A stretch of DNA of 64,000 nt from Dipteris shenzhenensis (lineage: Eukaryota). A program made the position numbers and the translations under genes. Shown here piece by piece: positions 13,076-26,614 of this stretch. The notes below the pieces were generated by a model that searched no databases, had not been told where the DNA came from, and worked only from the letters and a program-made list of their open reading frames with translations. The first letter of the stretch is position 1. Each line of letters starts with the position of its first letter. The stretch is taken from assembly GCA_047967505.1 (NCBI GenBank), contig CM106538.1; one strand, written 5' to 3'.

Positions 13076-13517
13076 CTTTGAACATGGCATCAAGATCTCT
13101 TTTGCCCTCCAAACCCACCCCTTGTTTGTACCCTTACCAAAAATTTCAAGTCACTACAGGAGGGTGATAGGCAATAGAGAGTCACACATTTCAGCCACCT
13201 AAGTTGAAGCTCAAAGTACAGGATCAATTTTTTTTTCTTTTTAGATATCTTTGAATTCTTCTAAGAAAAATAGTTTTTAATGCTTGGATACATTATTTCA
13301 ATCTTATAGGTGAAAGGCATGTGACATAAATGGACATATGTGTGCTTGAGATTGAAGAAATATCTTATTCCCATGAAAAATCCTCTTGTTTTAGGATACT
13401 CTTGTTTTATCCAAGGCTAGCATTTTTATCGATGTAAATGTTTACTTTGACAAGAAACTCTTCTTTGTATTTAAAGAAATTTATTGTCACTTTCTATTAA
13501 TTTTGGTATAAGCTTGA

Positions 13518-14531
13518 ACGGCCTCGTAGCTCAATCTCTCACGATGGGCTCAGTGCTTTGCTAGGGTCCCCTATGAAAAGGTTGGAAGCAGTCAGGATAG
13601 CTTCACCAAAATTTCTTCACCGAACACGTGTGCTGGTTGCTTTACCAGAGACTATTTAGTTAAAAGCTGTCCCTTGAAGCGATCCAAGCCCAAAGGGAAC
13701 ACTGATCTTCCTCAGGTTCCTAAGGAAAAATGGACTCCCAAACAGCCTGAAGCTCCCAAACAGTTGGAAGCTCCTGTTCGTCCAATCAGCCCGATTAAAC
13801 TAAAAAAGGACGGCACTCCACTGCCCAAATCCAAGCTTACTCTTGACATCCCAATGAAGAATGCTTATGAGGCATTATCAAAGATCGTCCCTGAACCGAG
13901 CCTTCAGCTCATTCCCAAGCTGGAACAAGGAGATGAATGGGCCAAAGACTTTGAGGATGAAGTCATTAAGAACGATGATATGCTAACAGAGGATCTTGAT
14001 GAATTGGAGGAAGACCTTCCTCTTCCCCCTTAACCAGATAAAGATATAGTGGTCAAAGGTAAACCTATAGCCATTGCTCACAGTAAGAGGAGACTGCTGT
14101 CTACAGCCAAAGGTCCTACTACGCATGCAAGTAGCCCAAACCCTAGGGCCAAAAAGGGGCAGAAAAGCATGGTAAGTAAACCCATTTCTTTCCTGTCCTT
14201 GAACATTCGTGGGCTCACTGACCCCAACAGAGCAGGTATCTTGGCCACTTGGCTGAGACATAATTCTCTTTCTTCAACTTTTTCAACTCTACAAGGGGTT
14301 AAAACTATAGGGGAAGCTCTAGATGCACGACTCAAGTGTATTGATAAGAGGAGGACTTGGTTTGTCACCTCCCACGAAGAAGGTAGAGGAGGGTGTGCTA
14401 TTGGAATTTTGTCACACTATTCCCAAAGTGGTCTAGATGTTGTTGTTAACACTGACAACATATGGATTTTGTTGAAATGCCTTCTCAAAGGAATCAAGTT
14501 CTCGTTAGTGTCAATGTATGCACTATTAACT
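13518..14531 (+). mobile_element. L1-clade LINE fragment: ORF1 end and ORF2 AP-endonuclease N-terminus
   Basis: ORF 14049..14552 has ISFLSLNIRGL..LQGVKT..EGRGGCAIGI..FSLVSMYA (APE motifs), preceded by a low-complexity Pro/acidic ORF (13674..14033). Confidence 0.8.
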
Positions 14532-15715
14532 AGAAAAGAAATCAAGGCATGAGGCTAGATGCTAGGCATGGCGATGCTCGAGGGCCATGGAGGAAAAGGG
14601 AACATGAGGGGAGAAGCATTAACATAGGTGGGGAAAAGGGATTGAGAGGGGTGGGAATGAAGAGGGGGACTATGGCACAAGGGGGAAGGAAGAGGGGGAA
14701 GAGGAGCATGTACATGATGGGAGGTGGAATGTAGAGATGGAGACATCAAGGGAAGAGATTCATGCTTTATTGGAAAGGAAAGGGGGGGGGAAATCAAAGT
14801 ACTAGCTAGGTGGCTTTACAAGAATGAGCGTGTTACATCAAGGAATAGCCCCCTCCTTTTATAGCCAAGAGAGTGGGTCTCTCCCAATAAATGCATCTTC
14901 CCACATGCATGGTGTGTGTGGAAGAGTCTCCCATGTGGGCTAGGTGGGTACACACTCTCAATTGTGTGCGATAACCCTTTGCCTCATTTTTCCACATAAA
15001 TCAAACCCCATATCCAAAGTCTAAGATACTCCCTTGGTCTCTTCCCAATTTTATAATACGTTCAAACATCTAGGAGGACAAGTGGAGGGTTGGCACAAGG
15101 AGTCTTGCCACCTCATCCTACTTTCCCCATTATTTAACTTGCATACTTTGACTATCTACACCTCCTCCACATGGGCCTATCCTACATGGAGGGAATTATC
15201 CAATATAATATCCATCTCCACCTATTTTATATTACTTCTCCCATGGTCCTTGGGCCATGTCTCACTAAATGCAAGCATGGGACCACTTACATGGAGGGGT
15301 GGCACATGGAGGAACCATGCCACCTTACCATTTTATAATATAACTACCATGGATTATGTATAACACACCTTATGGGTCCTCTTACGTGGAAGGGTGGCAC
15401 ATGGTCATGCCCTGCCACCTCAACCCTGGGCCCTATGCACACCATATTTTATTATACTATTGCCACACATACAAGCACACACATATATTTATGCCTTTTA
15501 CCTTGGTCAAATTTATCCATAACAATTCCCCCCCCCAGGCAGGGAATGCATAGCATTTCCATGCCTGGGACCATCATGAACAAAGAAAGGCTTGAGATAA
15601 CGCTTGTTGATCACCTTTTTACCATATGGCTCATGCAGCTCCTACACTTGTACAGACCCATTACTACGTTCCTTGATGACTTTGTATGGACCGGTCCACA
15701 ATGGAAGGCAACCAA
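14532..15715 (-). mobile_element. Gypsy element 3' end: integrase C-terminus, PPT and 3' LTR
   Basis: Minus strand encodes PLWTGPYKVIKERSNGSVQV*ELHEPYGKKVINKRYLKPF (GPY/F integrase tail). A G-rich PPT (15526-15536) follows, then an LTR starting TGTTA at 15524. Confidence 0.8.
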
Positions 15716-16490
15716 CAAAAAATAAATATATCCCATTTTGCCCAAAAGAAGTACAAATTAAAAAAGAAACAAGAACCTTTTCTTTCTAATTAAATACATT
15801 TATTGTCACTTCCTATTAATTTTGGCATAAGCATTGTGTGGCTAACAAATTAACACATACTTCTATGGCATTCTAGATTCCATCCCTTAATGAGATTTAG
15901 AATTATCATAAGCTTGTATAGCCAATAGTAAAAAAAATCCCATTTCGTCCAAAAGAAGTAAAGATTTTTTTTAAAAATGGAAGACTCACTTTGACAAAAG
16001 GATGGAAAGAATAGGGATATTTCACTTGATAAAATAAGCAATGACCTAGTTTTTAAAAAAAAACTATTGAGGGAAAAGAAATAGAACCACCTCTCGTAGG
16101 CCTAATCAAAGCAATAATTGTGATAATTAGCAATCTTAAATCTATATGAATCATTAAAGTAATGGAAAACAATCCAAGGTGCTCCTAACATATCAAAGAA
16201 ACTCTTGCATGTCACCTAAGTGAAAAAGCTGATATGCTTTATGTAAGGGCTTTAAGGGATGTCGAAATGTAATCCCCCCCCCAAATTGCCCCTCTCCTTC
16301 AAGATGTGGGAATAGTGGACTATGAGCATGCCGACATGCTCCCTCAGTTGAGATGGTATATATGCCATATGGTCAACCTTCGATTAAAACAAGTTGGCTT
16401 TGGAAGTAGGAAAAGATGGACCTAGGTCCATGTAGGCCAAATGGGCTGGTATAGACATTTCAATCATCTATCCTCCTAGTATAGGGCCTC

Positions 16491-19400
16491 TATTAGAAAG
16501 GTCACCTCCCCATCTGTAAGCCCCCATATGAGGAGAGCATGGGGGGGGGGGTGAACCTGGGAACTGAGAAAATGCCACATGAGCAGCAACATGCCTGCCA
16601 TGGAGGTAGAGATCAACGAAAGAAAGGAGCCACTGATGTGGCAACAACGTCAGCAACAGTATGGGGGATGCCATGTGGTTGTACGGGGATTGATCCGCTA
16701 AATGGAGGGCTGGTTCCAGCCAACCTACCATGCTTGGACAAGAGGGGCTGGACCCTGCAATAAATGGAGGGCATTATGCCCTAGAACAAAGGCTTGGAAA
16801 TGGCCAGTAAAGACCCTTAATTAGGGCCATGGTTTGGCTGGTAGGGGCAGCCAACCAGTCGATTTTTTGGGGTAGACAAAGTCAGCCATTTTGGTCTGGA
16901 AAAGTTGGCCACTACAAGGGGGCCTAGAGGCTAATAAAAGCGGCCCTTTGGAAGGGCATTTCATCATCCAACAGCAGCTAGCACACTTAGGAGCAACAGG
17001 AGCAGCAACATACACTCCCTTAGGCCTACATTCAGAAGGCATAGGAGATTAAGAAGAGTTGTAGACTTAGCTCACAGTGGGCTAGGACTTTGGTTGTCTT
17101 CTAGGGAAGCAAGAAGCTGAGATCTAGATGGAAAGTCTACGTATGCTCAAGGTGGAGCACACAAGGTCGAGTGTAGAGATATCCGATAGATAATAGAACT
17201 ACCTTGTGGTAAGATCAAAGGACCACGCTCTAGTGGGACTTTGGATCTACCTCTCTTTTAATGTGTCCATAGTTTTGGACAAAAATATTTTGTTTTGGTA
17301 GCTTCTATATCTGGTTGGATTATTGTCTAAACTGATAAGTCTGCACATCTATGTGATGCACATAAGTTAAAGAACTTTGTGATTCCACCCCCCACATACA
17401 ATGTGTGAGCTCTTGGGTTATCCATCAGTCTTCCGCTATGCGTACCCTCTATTGGTTGATTTCTAACATGGTATCAAAGCCCAAATAGGAGGCTCACAAG
17501 TGTGGGAGCCTGAAGGCCCTCACCTTGCTGAAGGATGATCCTAAGTCAGAAGCTCTTGGGAATCGACTTCCACAAGTGGAGGATAGTGCCCTTGCGAGGA
17601 GGAGGGTGTCTCAGGTTCCAGTCAGGTGCGTACAAAGCTCCCGTCTATGGAAGGTTGAGTTTGTTCAACTTTGCTATGTGGTTTAGTAGCAAAGATGTCA
17701 ATTTCAGAAGCTTCTTCAGCCCCTTGTCTCCCTTCCTCCTCCCCCAGACTTCTTACTTTCACCATCCCTAACTTTGGAGAGTCTGGGAAACTGGATGGGA
17801 CAAATTACCCTATCTCGAAGGTGAAGATCAAGAGTCATTTACTGGCTCAAAAGCTATGGAAAGTGACAACGGGAGCCTAGGCGAAGCTAAAGGAGATGGT
17901 GGACAACAACGGGGATATACTCATACCAGTAGATGGAGAAGAACTCAAAGCTTGGGAAGATAGAGATGCCCATGCCCTAGCATTGATCATAGCGACTACA
18001 GCGGACTCTGTGCTTCCTCACATCCAGATGGCCAATACATCAGTAGATGCATGGGTCATTCTAAAGGATCTGTACAAGATAGATAACACATCCCAGATCT
18101 TGCTTCTTTAGCATCAGCTCTACAACTTGGATATGGATGAGGGAGATTCGATACATGACCACTTGATGAAGGTCAAGGTGGTAAGGGGTCATCAGAAAAA
18201 CAAGGAGGAGTCTGACTCAAATTCAGAGGGTGACACAAAAGCCAAAGCTAATGTGGTAATCGAAGAGCACAAAAGCCAAAGCTAATGTGGTAATCGAAGA
18301 GCTATTCTTGGTGACATCTCCATGTGTTACCGAGGTCAAATATGCCAACCTAGAAACCACAGTGATGATGTTTGATATTGAAAATGGGGTTGACGAGGAG
18401 TCAGAGACCTTTGTGAAGGTGAAGGATAGCATGGAGTGCTTAGTACCAGAAGGGGACAGTACAGGATTACACAGGTTATTGGAATGTACCTCGACAAGAT
18501 GCATGGTTTGCTTTCAGAGCAAGCACATAGGAACTAAGATTGTCTGGTTTGTACTTGATGTTCTTGATTTGAGCCTGTATAGCATGCTGTGAGTGCAAGA
18601 TTGGAAGGAATGGGCCTTCTTCAAAGGTAGAAGGGGAAGTGTGGGTGCTTCTTCAAATCTCAAACACAGATTGCCAGAAGGTGATGAACAAGGTGTATTG
18701 AAGCCAAAAGAGTACCTGATTGAGAGCTTAGTGAGAGTTCGTGGTCCAGGTTATCTGGAGATATTCTTTTGTTGGAGACCTTGCCAAAGGAAACAGACCC
18801 CTCAGAGCATGGGCCTGGAAGACTCCAGGTTGTTCATGCATTATGGGAGGGATAATTGGAAGAGATCGTGGCATCTAGATTGCTCGATTTGAGAGGCAGG
18901 AACGTGATTGAAGCTGGTCATGCCAGGAGGTGCTACCAAAGATGGATCTGTGTACCAGGATGGTGTGTGGAAGCGGAAGCAGACTTAGTAGAGTAGGAGC
19001 CACTCGATGAAAAGCCAAGAAAAGATTTTGACATCGAAATGTTCTAGAGGACTACATCCAGGGATTACTGGAGCATCGTCATTGACGCGTTGGCATTGGG
19101 CCGAGATGTGTCAGTGAGAGGGGTGTTGGAAAGGTCACCTCCCCATCTGAGGAGAGCATGGGGGAGAGGGAGTGAACCTGGGAACTGAGAAAATGCCACA
19201 TGAGCAACAACATGGTTGCCATGGAGGTAGCCATAAGAAAGAAAGGATCCACTGATGTGGCAACGATGTCAACAATAGTACGAGGGATGCCATGTGGCTG
19301 TATGAGGCTGGAAGGAGCCTTGCAACAGTAGGGTAGCATAGGTGCCTACACATGGCTGAAGGAGGGGGAGCCAAGAAACCTGGTCGACCAGATGGAGGGC

Positions 19401-20144
19401 TGCTAGGGCTTGTTCTAGCCAGCCAACCATGCCTAGAAGAAGGCAGGACAAGAGGGGCTAGACCCTACAATAAATGGAGGGCATTATGCCCTAGAATAAA
19501 GGATTGGAAAGGGCCAATAAAGACCCTTATATAGGGCCCTGGTTGGGCTAATAGGGGCAACCAACTAGTCAATTTTTTGGGGCAAACAAAGTCGGCCATT
19601 CTGGTCTGGAAAAGTTGACTACTCAAGGGGCCCTAGAGGCCTATAAAAGTAACCCTTTGGAAGGGCATTCCATCATCCAATAGCCAGCACACTTAAAAGC
19701 AATAGGAGCAGCAACATACACTCCCTTAGGACTACATTCAAGAGGTAGAGGAGATCAAGAAGAGCTGCAGACTAAGCTCACAGAGGGCTAGGACTTTGGT
19801 TGTCTTCTAGGGCAGCAAGAAGTTGAGACCTAGATGGAAAGTCTACATATGCTCGAGGTGGAGAACGCGGACTTGAGTCTAGAGATATCCGACAGATAGT
19901 AGAAGTACCTTGCAGTAAGATCAAAGGACCACGCTTTGGTGGGACTTTGGATCTATCTCTCTTTTGTTGTGTCCATAGTTTTGGACGGAAATATATTGTT
20001 TTGTAGGTTCTATATTTTGTTGGATTATTGTCTATTGATGAGTTTGCACATCTATCTGATGCACATAAGTTAAAGAAGTTTGTTATTCCACCCCACTATA
20101 TGAGCTCTTGGGCTATTCTATTAGTCTTTTGCTATGTGCTAATA
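16491..20144 (+). mobile_element. Non-autonomous gag-only Copia-type LTR element with both LTRs
   Basis: 5' LTR 16491-17468; PBS TGGTATCAAAGC 17469-17480; gag remnant LDGTNYP..KIKSHLLAQKLWKV..WEDRDAHALALI..AWVILKDLY at about 17770-18200; PPT GAGAGGGG 19116-19123; 3' LTR 19124-20144; near-TSD GCCTC/ACCTC. Confidence 0.9.
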
Positions 20145-23100
20145 ACCTCACATTAGGGCATTGTGTCAATCTTTGTACACCTCCTATCAATGTTGTATCA
20201 CCCATAAGTGTAATGAGGTGCTCCATCTAACTTTTGGAAAGAGCCTTTGTGAAGACATAGGGGTGTAATCATCCAAGATCAACTCTTTGATGACGTACAA
20301 GATATATGTGTTTCATTCAAGCATGAAACACATATATCTTGTTAAACCATTGGCTGCAAGAGTAGAGGCACCGAAATGCCCGAGGAGAGAGCTCTTTTTT
20401 CCGTCTCCCCCGTAGCAATGCATTGCCACAATTTGCCATCGTGAATGTCGGGGTCAATCATGGGAACATTGAGAACTTTTGAAAATACTAGGCCTCCCTA
20501 CCCCATGGGAGGCCAAAAAATTTGTGGGTTGTGCCATGTATAGACTACGAATTTGCGAAGCCCGACTTAGGATCTATGAGATCGGGCAATACCGTTGCAA
20601 ACACTGTTCCAAATAACCAAGGCACATTAAGCAAATCATTCTCAAGTGTAGCAATTAGCTGCATACACTGAAACCAGAAAGAAACATGCATCCTGATACC
20701 GACTCGCCATCCTCAAATATTGTAACTGGACATCACCCAGCAACAAGAACTTTGCCAGAGCAAGAGGACACTTGCAAATCAGCTCATATCCAAGCAAGAG
20801 CCAAAGGCTTGCACTTCCTAAATAAACCAGTGGCTTCACCGCTGATTTCTTAAGCTTCTTGGAGTGATCACAATCGGTGACGAAATCAAATGATGATTCT
20901 CCAAAATGAGGACACAGAGAAGCCAAGCAAAGAGACAAAACGGTGTAAAAGTGTCCGAGGCGCACAATCTTCATATAAAATATGTGCCTGAAGCGTCTCA
21001 AGAGTGACGACCGCGGCGGCAAACGTGGGGAGAATCTGGGCGGAGCCATTGGGCACGGGAGCGCCCGCCCTGCCGCCCAAAAAGGGGCCCTCGCGCACAG
21101 CGTCTTGTCGCTGCTCTACGAGGCAATGCTGTACGCCCAAACGGCAGCCGTCCTCCCGCGCTCCTCAAACGCCTTTTGCTCCTGCGCCTGTTTTGGCGTC
21201 AGCTTTTCCCCCTGCATTCCGCCATATCTCCCTCCGCTTTCCCTGCTTGCCCCACTGCTCTGTCTCGCCAGCACTCTTCAGGCAGCACTCGTGGCTTGGA
21301 AAATCGGCCTTGGAAACCGTGGACGTAGAACATGTATTTTATATGTTTTCTCCCTTCCGTGACCAAATACAGATGGGCTCCCTTAGGTGCTCATAAGAAA
21401 ACGGACTCCCTTTAGTGCTGATAAAAGCACAGGGGAAGGGGCGAGAGTATTGAAAAGGGAGGGGTGAGGTGAATGGGTAGGAGGGGATAAATTTTCATGT
21501 AAGGTTGAGACCCCGCTCCTTTTGAAAACGCCTCCCTAGCAACAATAGCTCAAGTCGTGCCCACCCAAGCTAGACGCCCGTGTTTGCTTGACTCGTTTCT
21601 CTCGAGAAGACGTCTCTTGCATGGGAGTTGTGCCCTCGTAGATAGCCGTGTGTGTGTGGGGTTGTGCAAGTGGGGAAAAAAAGTTTTGAAAAATAAATAA
21701 ATAACTAAATAGATAACTCATTAGTTAACGAGAGGGGAAAATGGGGGAGTTGCCATACCCCCGGGCCCCATGTCATGCATTTCATGTAGGCCCACCAAAG
21801 CCTTAATTAAAGACTAAATACTTTCAATTAACACTTAAGTCCCTTTGTCTAAAGATAGCAGGAGATCCCATTTGTCACATTTGATCCCAAACACCCGCTA
21901 GGCTTCCTTCAAGGGCATTCCCACTCAATGCTCATGTGCCATGCCATCTCTCTGAAAGCTTGGCAAAAGGTAGCAACTATTTCCATCTACTACTTTGCCT
22001 AAATAGAATGTCTTACTAAGCTCTTGAGGTTATGGCAGCCTCGTATGCCTCCACTTGTGCATATGTTGTAATCGCATTGGCAAATAATGATTTGATTCGC
22101 CAAAGCCAACAGTCTATTAGAATGTCCCATTGGATCTTTGCATACATCGTAACAATATCTAACCTTAGCAGGATAATTCCTAACATTTGAAATGCAATTA
22201 GGGAGAGGTTGTCAGCTTGTACTCATAGGCATTTCCTTAAGGTCTCGTCCATTCAAGATTTCTAATCTATATGCTTTGTTTCTTATCTCAACCATTCTAG
22301 ATTCCAATTTGCGAGCATCTCTTATCCTAACTCAAATTGCATAAACCCATTTGCTCATTCGATCTTTTCTGCATACAATTATTAGACCCTCCAAATAAGA
22401 GAAGTATCTATGGAGAATGAGATATCAAGCTTCGTGCCACTGATGGTATGAAAAACTCCTATAATTCCCTCCTAAGGAGAGGTGCATTTTTAAATCATAC
22501 TTCAAGCCTTGTCATAGTGGTGGCTATGGAAATTTTCTATGGCTTTGTGATCTTGCTTGGCGGTCTATTGAAGCCTTTGAACTTTCCTTCTTTCTGGTTG
22601 TCAATGAGAAGATCTTCCCATGCCTCTATTTTGGCACACACTATTTCTGTTTTGAGTGCTGGTTTTTTGACATTAACACCCACTCATGGAGAACTCTTTC
22701 CCCCCACCTTATAATGCTTCACATCTGAGCTACATGCATTATCTTCACCATGTTTTAGCCTTCCTTCTTTTTTTTTGTGTGAAAGTTATGGTATGTTTTA
22801 GCCTTCCTTGATGATTATCTTCTTTCTTTCAATGGTTTAAGAAACTTTTCCTATGCTTTCTTTCCCATCGTGTTTTTATTTTCCTTGATCGAGGTAGAGT
22901 ATTGCAACTAGAAACATAAAATTCCTTCCCTTTCTTACTTTGTGCTGTGTTACTTTTTTCATAGCTTCCTGCCTTTCCTACATCAGTTTTGGTTGTTTAA
23001 CCAACATGCATGCAACTCTAATACCTCTACTAGGGCGATCAAGGAATGTAGGGAAGGTAGTCTTTAGTCACACACTCTGTGTCCCCTCAGAGGTCACTCA

Positions 23101-25019
23101 TCCAATAAAGATCATGCTAGGACATGCTTGTTTTATAATACAGAATGAACTTACTTTTCACCATTGTATTAGATCCTCAATTATTAACATCTAAATGTCT
23201 AGAAGATTTGTTATATGCACCTTTTCCTCGCTACCTATGGCCACGATTCTTTTCTAAACTTACATAGCATCGAGATCTAGGAGTACTACAAATCATATCT
23301 TCTTGTCCTTCATCTTGGAGTAGTGTCTTCTTGCCCTTTACGTTGAGTATTATTGATGTTTATTATATGAGTGGTGGTAAGATTTGTCCCATTTTCTCAT
23401 CCAGTTAAAAACAAAGACCTTGAAGCTTTTATCTTATAAACTTTTCCTAAGTCATCATTTCGCTCTTGTTTTATTAGATACCTTATATTTCATATCATGT
23501 ATTTTGAAGCTTATTGTAGCTTATCTAGAAATATATTGTAGAGTTATTCTGATGACAATTGGTCCCTTTCCTCTTCTTTGGCACATAGTTCTTGTTTTGC
23601 TTCACATACAGTTTATTGTAGTTGCTTTCTTTTGCTATCTACCAAGGTTATCTAGCTTCTTTGATAGTTGCCATGTATCTTATTTTCCTTGAAAAATGAT
23701 TTATTTTGTAAATTATGATTTTAGTTTCCCACTTCTTTACATGTGTGGTGCTTCCTTCACTTTTTGTAATCGGTCTATTAGGGCTGACCACCCCTCCATT
23801 TTTGCTTAATATATTCGGTAGTTTTATTTATTTTTTTAATTTAAAAAAAAAATTAAAAATGTGTGGTGCTTCCTTTACATGCTTTTGGGCAACTAAGTCA
23901 TCCCCATCTAAGAAGGATTGGAAGGATCAAAATTCAATGCATGTGAACTAGAAGATGAAATAAGTTTCAAAATGTTAGCATGATCAATATACCAATTTAG
24001 ATTGTTCATCAAGGCTCAACGTTCCTAGTTGGCACCTTGTTGTATAGATCCAAGCCATGACAGGCCATTACAGTGTGTCCAGGTTGTTATGCTCTAATGA
24101 GATCTGCTAAATAGATCCTTCTACTCCTTTTCATTATTTGGCAAAAAGGTTTGAGAATGGAAAGAAATTAAAACTAATGAGTATTGGAAAAGTCAATTGA
24201 TGATGGGAAGAAAAACAAAAAGGTGAATGAAAATATCCAATCTCCTTCTTAATTCCATACTTGGACCAACGTGCTCTCATGGTGTTTCGATGTTGTATAT
24301 CAAGTGATGCATGTAGCCTTGCTCATGACACACCTTAGTTCCCCATGTCCAAGTCACAAAATTGAACATTGGCTTGTGAAAAAAAACAATTGTCATATGC
24401 ATTTCACAATGGTTCTTATTGTTTGATCAATCTAGGTCAATCAAGCATTGATGCCTCAACAAATTGTAAGACACAAAATGCTGGCTACTTTCAAGTGTAT
24501 GAATTTTATTACGTGTGCTCATTTGATGGTTTCGGATTAGTTAGCATTTGTCCCTTGGATTCAACCTATAGATCGCTACTATTTGGCCTTAAACTACAAA
24601 ACTTTGGCTACACAAAGATAATTTTAACATTTATTTATATGATTTTTTCCCTTCTCCATTTTGACACTATGGAAATATCTTGGACAAACTTTATAAGTGA
24701 GAATCAGATGATTGAAGACATATGTGTTCAACATATCACGAAAATAAACTACCTTGATAGCCTTGAAATGACCCAGATAGGATGTTGGGCTAAAAAAAGA
24801 TGGTGAACTACGAGAGAATTGTATATTGTTTAAAGGTCAAAGGATATTAATGTGGAGATGCAATGTCACACATGACATGTTTAAGAGTGCTATGCTTATA
24901 AAATTCCAATCTCTAGTAGTAGGTCATAAGATTTGTTAGCATTTGTTACATGTACCCCTAATCTTTTACGTGTACATCTAATCTTCTATGTGTACATCTA
25001 ATATTTTATGTGTACCTCC

Positions 25020-25846
25020 TATCTTAAGGTAAGCATAGGATGGATTTGTAACTCATAAACAAGAGATATAAATTCAAGATTATGAGTATCTTAGCTTTGG
25101 TAGACACTTATGACATATATGGAGATTTGTGGAAAGCCAAATTAAGCAATAAAAGGCAAGGATTGGAAATTCTCGATCATGGTAAGACTTCAATACACTC
25201 ATTGGAAAACACATGCTATAAATTAGACTTGCCATAAATGGAGCGCTTTTATGCATATACTTATACAAGGTTATGATGTGGCTTGATCATAGTTTTGTAT
25301 GCCTCAAGTTTAATTCCTTCCAATGGTTTCACGACTCAAAGGAGTATGATTACCTAAACTTTGTTATTTGGTTTATAATTTTCAAGAACTCTTAATCAGA
25401 TATTCAAAGTTGAAGACATCTTAAGGTAAGCATAGCACAGATTTATACATCTTAAGGTAAGCATAGGATGGATTTATAACACATAAAAAAGAGATATAAA
25501 TCATGGATTAAGAGTCTATTAGCTTTGGTAGACACTTATGACATATACGGAGGTTTGTGGAAAGCCAAATTAAGTAATAAAAGGCAAGGATTGGAAATTC
25601 TTGATCATGGTAAGACTTCAATACACTCATTGGAAAACACATGCTATAAATTAGACTTGCCATAAATGGAGCACTTTTATGCATATACTTATACAAGTTT
25701 ATGTTGTGGCTTGATCATAATTTTGTAAGCCTCAATTTTAATTCCTTCCAATGGTTTCAGGACTCAAAGAAGTACGATTACCTAAACTTTGTTATTTGGT
25801 TTATAGTTTTCAATAACTCTTAATTAAATATTCAAGGTTGAGGACA
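25020..25846. repeat. Tandem duplication with 428-bp period
   Basis: The near-identical ORF pair 25080..25268 and 25508..25696 is 428 nt apart. Each unit begins atcttaaggtaagcatagg. Confidence 0.95.
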
Positions 25847-26543
25847 AAGAAATCATGTAATTTATTCAACCATTCGTGGAAGTGCACTAAAAGACGTGCA
25901 ATGAAGGATTGTGCAAAGATGCTAAAAAAATCTAGTGTATATATTTTGCTAATCAATTAAAGGTAATACGTTGTCTAAATAGCATGAGGTAAAGGAGGCT
26001 TATGTGATGGGATTTTTTGTAGATCGATCTAATTGGAATAGATCCAAAGGCAAAGTTCAATCTAATCAATAGACAAAACTTGGTGGTTTAGAGTGATTTT
26101 TAAAAGGAATTGTTATTGCCATGTTTCAATTACTCCAAGTTGAAGATATAGTATGAGATGGATACGTGTACAATAATGTTCATATTATCTTTTAGATTGA
26201 ATGCGAGCAAGAATAAAAATAGAGAGTCAAATATGAATTGCCTACTTGCACAATTATCAAATGACTTAATAAAGGGCACTTTTGTGGTTGAAATCAAGAC
26301 AAGACATGTGAGTTGGTAGCAAATGTGTGAAACTTGAAGCGAATCTCCTAACAAGCATGTTTTGAGAACAACAAGAAACAACTTGGGATTCATATGTGAG
26401 TGTTTTTTGAGGGGTGTGGCAAACAAAGTTGGAATTTGGCAAACGAAATTTTAAAATGTTGGAATTTGAAACAAAATTTTCAAAATAGCCAAAAGGGGTT
26501 CTTCCATTCTAGATTATGGGCCTTGCCTTTGTTTTTATATTTA

Positions 26544-26614
26544 AAAGGATTAAAGAGGGCATAAGACCGAGTCCCCCTTAAAAGGATTAAAGAGGGCATA
26601 AAACCGAGTCCCCT
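26544..26614. repeat. Short tandem duplication, about 37 bp x2
   Basis: aaaaggattaaagagggcataa(g/a)accgagtcccc occurs twice. Confidence 0.9.

Noticed and set aside
20890-20991. ATGATGA...CTGA, C/D-box snoRNA-like spacing
   Set aside because: No terminal stem and no recognisable rRNA guide; expected by chance.
26300-26410. Possible hAT dimerisation-domain remnant (HVLRTTRNNLG)
   Set aside because: Too degenerate to support a call by eye.
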